From positions 1 through 15,432 of the forward strand of contig JBKJLC010000066.1 in the NCBI GenBank assembly GCA_046597055.1: a DNA stretch of 15,432 nucleotides. The letters are read 5' to 3'. The notes below the pieces were generated by a model. It saw only the letters and a program-made list of their open reading frames with translations. It was not told the DNA's origin and ran no database searches. Both the position numbers and the translations under genes were made by a program. This document shows positions 7,909 through 15,432 of the stretch, piece by piece. Within the stretch, counting starts at the first letter, position 1, and each line of letters begins with the position of its first letter. Source of the stretch: Kofleriaceae bacterium. GTDB lineage: Bacteria > Myxococcota_A > Polyangia > Haliangiales > Haliangiaceae.

Positions 7909-9723
7909 ATGAGCTCGTCTGCCGCATCGGCCAACGACGCCACCATCCTGGTGGTCGACGACGAGCCGCTGATCACGACCGCGCTGTCACGCATGCTGGC
8001 GCGGCCCGGGTGGCGTGTGCTCGCCGTCAACGATCCGTACGTAGCGCTCGAGCTCATCGCCAGCGAGCGGGTCGACCTGGTGATCACCGACAAGGACATG
8101 CCGCAGATGTCCGGGCACATGCTGCTCGACATCCTGAAGGAGCGCCACCCGGACATCCCGTGCGTGCTCCTGACCGGCGCCGCCAGCGTCGAGTCGGCGC
8201 TGGTCGCGCTGAACACCCACCAGGTGGTCCGCTACCTGACCAAGCCGTGGAACCCCGGCGAGCTCGAGGAGACCATCACCGAGGGCCTGGCCCGCCGCCA
8301 GGAGCTGCGCGCCGCCGCGGCCGCCCGTGCGGTCGTCGACGCGCGCAGCCGGCTGCGCGCGACCCTGGCCGGCCGCCATCCCGGACTGTTCGAGCCGCTG
8401 GCCGCCGACCTGGCCCTGGCCCGCAGCCCCGGCGCGGATGGCCTGTTCGATCTCGTGCGCCGTCTGCACGGCGACGACCCGACCGCCGAGCTGCTGATCC
8501 CGCGCCTGGCGACGCTGCTGGTGCAGTCGCCCCCGGCCGAGCTGGCCGAGACCCTGGCCGCGGTCCCACTGCACCACCCCATGGTGGGCACGCTGATCAC
8601 CCCGTCGGGCGAGACCAGCCGGATCGCGGTCGACGTGCGCGGCCGCACCGTCCGCATCGCCGACGTCTCGCGCGCGCTCGGCGACGCGGTGGCCGCGCGG
8701 CTGGCGAGCCTGGCCGGGCTCGACGTGATCAGCAGCACCGAGCAGCTCGGCCGGATCGAGGCGCGGGTCACCGGCACCTCGGGCGAGGTGGTGGTCGCCT
8801 ATCGCTACACCGCGCTCGGCGGCCTGTGCGAGGTGCGTCGGCTGATGGCGAGCACCGATCGGCCCGCCAGCGCGGCGCCGCCCGATCAGATCGGCATCTA
8901 CCAGCTGCAGGGCACGCTCGGCGAGGGCGGCATGGGCATCGTCTACCGCGCCTTCCATCGGGCGCTCGAGCGCCCGGTCGCGCTGAAGGTCCTGCGCGAG
9001 CAGCTCGCCGGCGATCCGATCACGATGGCCCGCTTCCTCCGCGAGGCGCGGACCGCGACCCGCGCCCGCCATCCCCGCATCGTCGAGACCCTGGACTTCG
9101 GTCACCTCGCCGACGGCAGGCCGTTCCTGGTCATGGAGCTGATCACGGCCTCGACGCTCGACCACCTGCTGCGGCGGGGCCCGCTGGCGCCGGCGGCGGC
9201 GATCAAGGTCGCGCGCGGGATCGCCGAGGCGCTGGGCGCGGCCCACACGGCCGGCGTGATCCACCGCGACCTCAAGCCGGGCAACGTGTTCGTCGACGAC
9301 GCGCTCGAGGTCAAGCTGACCGACTTCGGCGCCGCCAAGCTGCTGAACGGCGACGAGGCGCTGACCCGGCCCGACGTGACCCTGGGCACCCCGAGCTACA
9401 TGTCGCCGGAGCACATCATGGGTCGGTCGATCGACGGCCGCACCGATCTGTACGCGCTCGGCTGCGTGACCTTCCACATGCTCGCCGGCGTGCAGCCGTA
9501 TCGCGGCGACAACCTGCGGGCGGTGCTCGCCCAGCACCTGCAGGCCCCGATCCCGGAGGTCGCGTCGCCGCTGGGGCCGGTGCCGCGCGCGCTGGTCCTG
9601 ACGGTGCACAAGGCGATGGCCAAGGACGCCGCCGACCGCCACCAGACCGCCGCCGAGCTGATCACGGAGCTCGACGAGGCCGCCGCGGTCCTGGCGGCCG
9701 CCCCGCCCGCGGCGACAACCTGA
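7909..9723 (+). CDS. Hybrid response-regulator receiver / Hanks-type Ser/Thr protein kinase
   Basis: REC: ILVVDDE, LVITDKDMPQMSG (phospho-Asp), LLTG, YLTKPW. Kinase: LGEGGMGIVY, VALK, REA, HRDLKPGN, DFG, GTPSYMSPE, DLYALG. No transmembrane segment is apparent. Confidence 0.93.
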   Translation: MSSSAASANDATILVVDDEPLITTALSRMLARPGWRVLAVNDPYVALELIASERVDLVITDKDMPQMSGHMLLDILKERHPDIPCVLLTGAASVESALVALNTHQVVRYLTKPWNPGELEETITEGLARRQELRAAAAARAVVDARSRLRATLAGRHPGLFEPLAADLALARSPGADGLFDLVRRLHGDDPTAELLIPRLATLLVQSPPAELAETLAAVPLHHPMVGTLITPSGETSRIAVDVRGRTVRIADVSRALGDAVAARLASLAGLDVISSTEQLGRIEARVTGTSGEVVVAYRYTALGGLCEVRRLMASTDRPASAAPPDQIGIYQLQGTLGEGGMGIVYRAFHRALERPVALKVLREQLAGDPITMARFLREARTATRARHPRIVETLDFGHLADGRPFLVMELITASTLDHLLRRGPLAPAAAIKVARGIAEALGAAHTAGVIHRDLKPGNVFVDDALEVKLTDFGAAKLLNGDEALTRPDVTLGTPSYMSPEHIMGRSIDGRTDLYALGCVTFHMLAGVQPYRGDNLRAVLAQHLQAPIPEVASPLGPVPRALVLTVHKAMAKDAADRHQTAAELITELDEAAAVLAAAPPAATT

Positions 9724-10316
9724 TGGCGCCCGCCGCCACGATCGCGCACCTTCGCCGGATGGCGCCCGCGCTCGCTTCGCTCGTGCTCGCCTTGGCGCTG
9801 ACCGCGGGCTGCGGCGCGCCCGCGTCGCCCGCGTCGACGGCGCCGCGGTCGTCGCCCTCGACATCGCCGGCGCCGATCGCCCGTCCCCATCTCGCCGCGA
9901 TCGAGGCCGCGGTCGACCTCGACGGCCAGCCAGTGGGGCCGCTCCCACGCGCCCACTCGAGCACGCTCGCGGTCGTGTTCGCGTCGTGGTGCGGCCACTG
10001 CCGCGACGAGCTGCCGGTGCTCGCCGCGCTGCGGGCCCGCCACCCCGAGGTCCGGGTGCTCGGCATCAACTACCGCGCCCACGAAGAGTACGACGGGCGC
10101 GGCGACACCGCCGCGGTGCGCGCGTTCGTCGCCGAGCTGGCGCCGTGGCTGCGCGTGGTTCCGGCCGACGAGGCGATGTGGTCGAGCCTGGGCCGCCCGG
10201 CCCGGGTCCCCACGATCTACCTGTTCGATCACACCGGTGCCCTGGTGCGCACCTTCGACCGCACCACCGATCCCATCCCGACCCTCGCCGAGCTCGAGCG
10301 CGCGCTACCGCGCTGA
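9723..10316 (+). CDS. TlpA-family thioredoxin-like disulfide reductase, lipoprotein
   Basis: This is the real 3' part of track ORF 8010-10316. The ATG overlaps the kinase stop (TGATG); an alternative ATG is at 9759. Lipobox LTAGC, FASWCGHCRDELP, and cis-Pro motif VPTIYLFD..G. Confidence 0.85.
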   Translation: MAPAATIAHLRRMAPALASLVLALALTAGCGAPASPASTAPRSSPSTSPAPIARPHLAAIEAAVDLDGQPVGPLPRAHSSTLAVVFASWCGHCRDELPVLAALRARHPEVRVLGINYRAHEEYDGRGDTAAVRAFVAELAPWLRVVPADEAMWSSLGRPARVPTIYLFDHTGALVRTFDRTTDPIPTLAELERALPR

Positions 10317-12149
10317 CGACGCGCCGCCGGCGGCGATCCAGGCCTCGACCCGGAGCCGCAGCACCGGCAGGGTGACCCCACCACCGGCGAGCACGACATC
10401 GTGGAAGCCCGGCAGCGAGAACCGCGCGCCGAGCGCGGCCTGGGCCTGGCTGCGCAGCGCGAAGATCTCGAGCTGACCGACCTTGTACGCGAGCGCCTGC
10501 CCCGGCCACGCGATGTAGCGGTCGACCTCGTTGCCGATGTTGGCCGGGGTCAGCGCGGTGTGCGCGAGCATGAACGCCTCGGCCTCGGCGCGGGTCCAGC
10601 CCATCGCGTGCAGGCCGGTGTCGACCACCAGCCGCGACGCCCGCCAGGCGTCGTACGACAGCATGCCGAGCCGGTCGAGGTCGCCGGTGTAGAGGCCCAT
10701 CTCGTCCGCGAGCCGCTCGGTGTAGAGCGCCCAGCCCTCGACGAACGCGGTCGAGCCGAACAGCTTGCGATACATCGGCAGCTCGCCCAGCTCCTGCGCG
10801 ATCGCGATCTGCAGGTGATGGCCGGGGATCGACTCGTGCCAGGTGAGCGCCTCGAGCTCGTACCGGGGCCGGGTCTCGGGCTGGTAGGTGTTGATGAAGT
10901 ACTCGCCGGGCTTGCTGCCGTCGTAGTGGGGCGACCGGTAGTACGCGATGGTCGAGAACGGCGCCTCGTAGGCCGGGATCCGCGCCATCACGCACGCCGC
11001 GCGCGGCAGCAGCCCGAAGAAGCGCGGGATCGCGGCCTGGGCCCGCGCCAGCGCCGCGCCGGCGGCGGCCTCGAGCTCGTCCTCGCTGGTGAAGTAGAGC
11101 GCCGGGTCGGTGCGCAGCCGCGCGATCGTGGCAGCGAGGTCGGGCGTGCCGAACAGCTTGGCGCCCATCGCCGTGATCTCGCCGTCGATGCGCGCGATCT
11201 CGGCGAGGCCGAGCCGGTGCAGCTCGTCGGCGCTGCGGTCGACGCCGATGTGCTCGCGGATGAGGGCCCGGTAGCAGGCCGCACCATCGGGCATCGCCCC
11301 GATGCCCTCCGCCTTGCCGGTGCGCCCGCGCGGCAGCAGCTCGTCGGCGACCACCGCGCGCAGCCGGGCCAGCGCCGGGCGCACGCCCTCGTCGATCGCG
11401 GCATGCAGGTCGGTGGCGAACCGGTCGCGGGCGCCGGTCGGCCAGTCGTCGTGTTTCTCCGCCGCGGGCGCGACCATCGGCCACGCCGCGGTCGGCTTGG
11501 CGAGCTCGGCGTCGAGCTGGACCACGACCCGCCGCAGGACCTCGCGCGAGCCGACCCGGCCCGCGCGCAGCCCGGTCCGCAGGTTGGCGATGGTGTCGTC
11601 GATCAGCTGGGGGCCCTGGCGGTAGCGCGCGACCAGGTTGGCCGCATCGGCGGGGGTCGTCACCCGGTGCAGCTCGGCCAGGTACGCGAGCTCGCCGAGC
11701 GGATTCGCCGCCGGCGTGATCGACCACTCGTGGTCCTGGCACACCTCGCCGGCGACCTGGCCCTCGAGATCGCCGCGCAGGAGCAGGAGCGTGGTGCGAT
11801 CGGCATCGTCGAGGCCATCGGCGCCGATCGCCTGGGCCCGCGCCAGCAGCGCGCGCCGCTCGGCGCGATAGCGCGCGACCGCGTCGGCCGAGCGCGGCGA
11901 CAGCCGATCGTCGTAGCGATGATCGCCGAGCGTGGTGGCGCCGGTGGGCGACCAGCGCAGGTAGTGCTCCCACTGATCGGCGAGCAGGGCCTGCAGCGCG
12001 GGATCGTGGACGCCGCGCACGGCGTCGGCAGCCAGCGGAGACGAGGATGCTTGGGCGGGTGAGGTCACCGGACGGGGCTCCTTGCCGCCGCACCCGACGG
12101 GCGCGAGGACGGCGATGGCGAAGGCGCAGCAGATCGGGGCGCGGCGCAT
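10305..12149 (-). CDS. DUF885 family lipoprotein (putative metallopeptidase)
   Basis: Start MRRAPICCAFAIAVLAPVGC (lipoprotein-like signal). SPTGATTLGDHRYDDRL, HESIPGHHLQ, AFVEGWALYTE, WRASRLVVDTGLH, EVDRYIAWPGQALAYKVG, FHDVVL. Confidence 0.92.
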   Translation of the reverse strand: MRRAPICCAFAIAVLAPVGCGGKEPRPVTSPAQASSSPLAADAVRGVHDPALQALLADQWEHYLRWSPTGATTLGDHRYDDRLSPRSADAVARYRAERRALLARAQAIGADGLDDADRTTLLLLRGDLEGQVAGEVCQDHEWSITPAANPLGELAYLAELHRVTTPADAANLVARYRQGPQLIDDTIANLRTGLRAGRVGSREVLRRVVVQLDAELAKPTAAWPMVAPAAEKHDDWPTGARDRFATDLHAAIDEGVRPALARLRAVVADELLPRGRTGKAEGIGAMPDGAACYRALIREHIGVDRSADELHRLGLAEIARIDGEITAMGAKLFGTPDLAATIARLRTDPALYFTSEDELEAAAGAALARAQAAIPRFFGLLPRAACVMARIPAYEAPFSTIAYYRSPHYDGSKPGEYFINTYQPETRPRYELEALTWHESIPGHHLQIAIAQELGELPMYRKLFGSTAFVEGWALYTERLADEMGLYTGDLDRLGMLSYDAWRASRLVVDTGLHAMGWTRAEAEAFMLAHTALTPANIGNEVDRYIAWPGQALAYKVGQLEIFALRSQAQAALGARFSLPGFHDVVLAGGGVTLPVLRLRVEAWIAAGGASSAR

Positions 12150-12219
12150 CGGCTCGGTTGTACCGCAGCGCTCGCGGCGGCACGCACCACGCGGCGGCAC
12201 GGCGTGATATGCCGACCGC

Positions 12220-13068
<849 letters not shown>

Positions 13069-13078
13069 GCCGCGCGCG

Positions 13079-14185
13079 CTAGCGGCCGGCGGCGGGCTGG
13101 AACGACACCGGCACGATCACGGTCGATCCCTTGTTCGCGGTCGGGACCGTCATCCGCTTCATCACGGTGACCATGCAGGCGGTGAGCGGCGCGGGCCCGG
13201 GCGTCGCGACCGCGTCGGTCACCGTGCCGTCGGCGCCGATCGTGAGCTCGAGGGTGACGGCGGTGGCCACCGCGAGCTTGGCCTGCTCGGCACAGTACGC
13301 GAGCTGCGAGGTGCGCGCGCGGACGATCCGGGTGAGCACGGCGGCCGACAGCGGACCGGTGACCTTCACGGTGCCGACCGTGGCGCCGCCCGGGGCCGGT
13401 TCGGCCACGCGCACGCCGATCGAGCCACCGCCGCGGCCGTAGCCGGTCCCGCCGCCGCCCGCGCCCTTGCCGATCGTGCCGATGCGGCCGAGGCCGGGTT
13501 CGTCGCCCCCGCCCCCGCCCCCCGATGGCTTCCGGGTCGCACGAACCGGCGGCGGCGGCGCCAGGTCCGCGGCGAGATCGGCCCCGGGCTCGGCCGCCAG
13601 CTTCGCGCTCTGCGCCGCCGCCTCGTCGGCCTTGGCCGAGTCCATCTGCGCCTGCTCGGCCCGGGCTTCGAGCGCCGCGCGCGCCTGCTCCTCGGCCGGC
13701 GCACCGGTGGCCGCCGTGCCCGTGGGCGCCGGCCCCCCAGGGGCCGCGGCGGCCGGCGCGGCAGCGGGCGGGGCAGCACCGGACGCGGCGGTCTCGGCCG
13801 CCTCGCGCTCGGCGTGACGGCCGGCCGCGGTCGATCGCTCGCCGCTGATCGCGCCGACCTGGCCGGCCGTGCGCCGCGCCCGCCACGCCAGCGAGGTCCC
13901 CACCGCCTCCTTGCGCCCGGCGCCGAGCGTCCACGGCACGCCGTTGTGGCGCAGCGTGATCGTCACGCGTCCGTCCGCCCCGGTGTCGATCACGTCGTCG
14001 CCCGACACCTCACCGCCGGCCGCGAGCACCCGGGTCTGGCCGGCGCGGGTCGCCGTGACCGTCCCCGCCACCTCCCCGACGTCCCCGGCCGCCACGCCGG
14101 CGACGACGGCCGGACCGTCGGGGGGCCCACCGCAGGCGGTGACCGCGAGCGTGAGGGACAGCGAGAGGAGGACAGCGCGCGTCAT
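13079..14185 (-). CDS. Lipoprotein with a FecR-like N-domain and an AgmX/PglI (TonB C-terminal-like) domain
   Basis: Lipobox VTAC. FecR-like VGEVAGTVTATRAG...GDDVIDTGADGRVTI. Ala/Pro linker. GLGRIGTIG.G.G Gly-rich segment. VTGPLSAAVLTRIVR...YC...LTIGADGTV...C..P....VIVPVSF. Confidence 0.75.
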   Translation of the reverse strand: MTRAVLLSLSLTLAVTACGGPPDGPAVVAGVAAGDVGEVAGTVTATRAGQTRVLAAGGEVSGDDVIDTGADGRVTITLRHNGVPWTLGAGRKEAVGTSLAWRARRTAGQVGAISGERSTAAGRHAEREAAETAASGAAPPAAAPAAAAPGGPAPTGTAATGAPAEEQARAALEARAEQAQMDSAKADEAAAQSAKLAAEPGADLAADLAPPPPVRATRKPSGGGGGGDEPGLGRIGTIGKGAGGGGTGYGRGGGSIGVRVAEPAPGGATVGTVKVTGPLSAAVLTRIVRARTSQLAYCAEQAKLAVATAVTLELTIGADGTVTDAVATPGPAPLTACMVTVMKRMTVPTANKGSTVIVPVSFQPAAGR

Positions 14186-14193
14186 GATCTCGA

Positions 14194-14199
14194 ATACTA
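14194..14199 (-). promoter_or_regulatory. Candidate -10 (TAGTAT) 8 nt before ATG 14185
   Basis: The minus strand reads TAGTAT-TCGAGATC-ATG, an AT-rich patch in very GC-rich DNA. Confidence 0.45.
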
Positions 14200-14232
14200 C
14201 GCTCCCGTTGGACGCCGCGCCGTGACAGAACC

Positions 14233-14940
14233 TTGGGCGCCGTGTCGCTGCGCCCTGCCCTGCTCGTCCTCGTCCTGATCGTCGGCTGCCGCGGGCCCGC
14301 GGGTCCGACCGCGCCGGCGACCGGCTCGCTCAGCGGCATGATCCGCGCCGCGGCCACCGGCGAGGGCGTCCCGGGTACCCGCGTCGTCCTGCGCCGCCCG
14401 GGTAGCGTCGCCCCGGAAGCGACGGTCGCCGACAGCGACGGCGCCTACATGGTCGGTGACCTCCCGCCCGGCCGCTACGCGGTGTCGGCTTACGCCAGCG
14501 AGACCCGCATCGCCGAGCGCGAGGTCGCGATCGTGGCCGGCCGCATCACCGGGCTCGACTTCGCGGTCGGGGCGGTCGGCGCCGAGGCGGATCGCGACCT
14601 CAACGCGCCGTCGGCGGCACCGCTGTGGCGCTACCGGCCGGTCCGCGCCGACCCCGGCCGCGGCGCGATCGAGGGCACCGTCGCCGATCTCCATCACCTC
14701 GAGCGCCTGGCCGGCGCGGTGGTGTCGATCGTGCGCGATGGCGAGACCGCCGCCGAGGTGGTCGTCACCGACGACGTCGGCCGGTTCTGGGTCGACGGGC
14801 TCGTGCCTGGCACCTACACGGTGAGCGCCTATTACGCGGTCGCGCGGGTCGGGCAGCTCGAGGTGCTGCGCAACAACGTGAGGGTCGGCGGCGGCGAGGT
14901 GGTGGTGGTCCCGCTGTGGCTGTCGACCGACGGGTTCTGA
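14233..14940 (+). CDS. Lipoprotein with two carboxypeptidase-regulatory-like (prealbumin-fold) domains
   Basis: Lipobox LIVGC. Internal repeat GSLSGMI...[21 protein letters not shown] / GAIEGTV...[21 protein letters not shown]. The start is TTG 14233 or GTG 14242. Confidence 0.8.
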   Translation: MGAVSLRPALLVLVLIVGCRGPAGPTAPATGSLSGMIRAAATGEGVPGTRVVLRRPGSVAPEATVADSDGAYMVGDLPPGRYAVSAYASETRIAEREVAIVAGRITGLDFAVGAVGAEADRDLNAPSAAPLWRYRPVRADPGRGAIEGTVADLHHLERLAGAVVSIVRDGETAAEVVVTDDVGRFWVDGLVPGTYTVSAYYAVARVGQLEVLRNNVRVGGGEVVVVPLWLSTDGF

Positions 14941-14974
14941 ACCGCGCTCCCCGGGATGCACGCATGATGCGCGC

Positions 14975-15002
14975 TTGACGCCCGCGCCAGCGCGGGCAAG
15001 AT
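14975..15002 (+). promoter_or_regulatory. Candidate sigma70 promoter of panD (TTGACG-N16-CAAGAT)
   Basis: TTGACG at 14975-14980 and CAAGAT at 14997-15002. The spacer is almost wholly an 8-bp inverted repeat, GCCCGCGC-CA-GCGCGGGC. Confidence 0.5.
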
Positions 15003-15008
15003 ACCGGC

Positions 15009-15050
15009 ACGAGACACCAATGGCCCGGACCTCACGGCCGGGACTGGAGG
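15009..15050 (+). ncRNA. Probable pan RNA motif (single-hairpin form) in the panD 5' UTR
   Basis: GAGACACCA..CCCGG-A-CC-UCAC-GG-CCGGG..UGG forms a hairpin with a 5'-side bulged A (15029), directly upstream of panD. This fits the described pan motif of deltaproteobacteria. Confidence 0.65.
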
Positions 15051-15055
15051 CTGCC

Positions 15056-15432
15056 ATGTCGCATCGTCTGCACCTGTTCAAGTCCAAGATCCACCGGGCC
15101 ACCGTCACCCACGCCGACCTCGACTACGAGGGCAGCGTCACCATCAGCGGCGAGCTGCTCGAGGCCGCCCAGATCCTCGAGCACGAGCAGGTGCACATCT
15201 GGAACGTGACCCGCGGCACCCGCCTGGTCACGTACGCGCTCCGCGGCGACGTCGACAGCGGCGTCATCTGCATCAACGGCGCCGCCGCCCACCTGGCCTC
15301 GCCGGGCGACAAGGTGATCATCGCGACCTTCGCCGAGGTCGACGCCGCGGCCGCGGCCGGCTGGGTGCCCACCGTGGTCTTCGTCGACGATGCCAACCGC
15401 AAGGTCGGCGAGGGCGCGGAGATCGCGGGCCC
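15056..15432 (+). CDS. panD: Aspartate 1-decarboxylase proenzyme (3'-truncated by the window edge)
   Basis: Translated by hand: [30 protein letters not shown]...[14 protein letters not shown]...[12 protein letters not shown]...GDKVII...VVFVDDAN. It has the G-S autocleavage site and a GGAGG SD at 15046-15050. Absent from the ORF track because there is no stop codon in the window. Confidence 0.97.
   Translation, partial: MSHRLHLFKSKIHRATVTHADLDYEGSVTISGELLEAAQILEHEQVHIWNVTRGTRLVTYALRGDVDSGVICINGAAAHLASPGDKVIIATFAEVDAAAAAGWVPTVVFVDDANRKVGEGAEIAG

Noticed and set aside
8010..9722. 768-aa ORF implying a long N-terminal extension of the thioredoxin, or a frameshifted fusion
   Set aside because: The upstream part is an off-frame read of the kinase gene. 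The thioredoxin has its own signal peptide from 9723/9759.
13420..13525. G/C-run-rich low-complexity stretch as a DNA repeat or G-quadruplex element
   Set aside because: It is explained by the Gly-rich linker of the AgmX/PglI-type protein.
15032..15402. Minus-strand ORFs 15032-15292 and 15124-15402
   Set aside because: They are antisense shadows of panD.

Overview
Very GC-rich DNA that looks myxobacterial (Kofleriaceae/Haliangiales-like; inferred from gene families and composition). In order, the window holds: the 3' part of a RAYT/IS200-type HUH (Y1) transposase with a degenerate REP-like palindrome downstream; a secreted VIT-vWA protein ending in a predicted outer-membrane beta-barrel; an orphan GspD secretin with a sigma54-type promoter; a crotonase (dienoyl-CoA isomerase-like); a small hypothetical; an HExxH/Cys-cluster (YkgJ) fusion; a receiver-Ser/Thr kinase hybrid whose middle domain resembles the GspE/PilB N2 domain, coupled to a TlpA-like lipoprotein; a DUF885 lipoprotein; a stand-alone 5'-3' exonuclease; a FecR-like/AgmX-PglI lipoprotein; a tandem carboxypeptidase-regulatory-like lipoprotein; and panD (missing from the ORF track) behind a probable pan RNA motif. 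Several genes look leaderless. All calls come from reading motifs by eye; no database searches were run.
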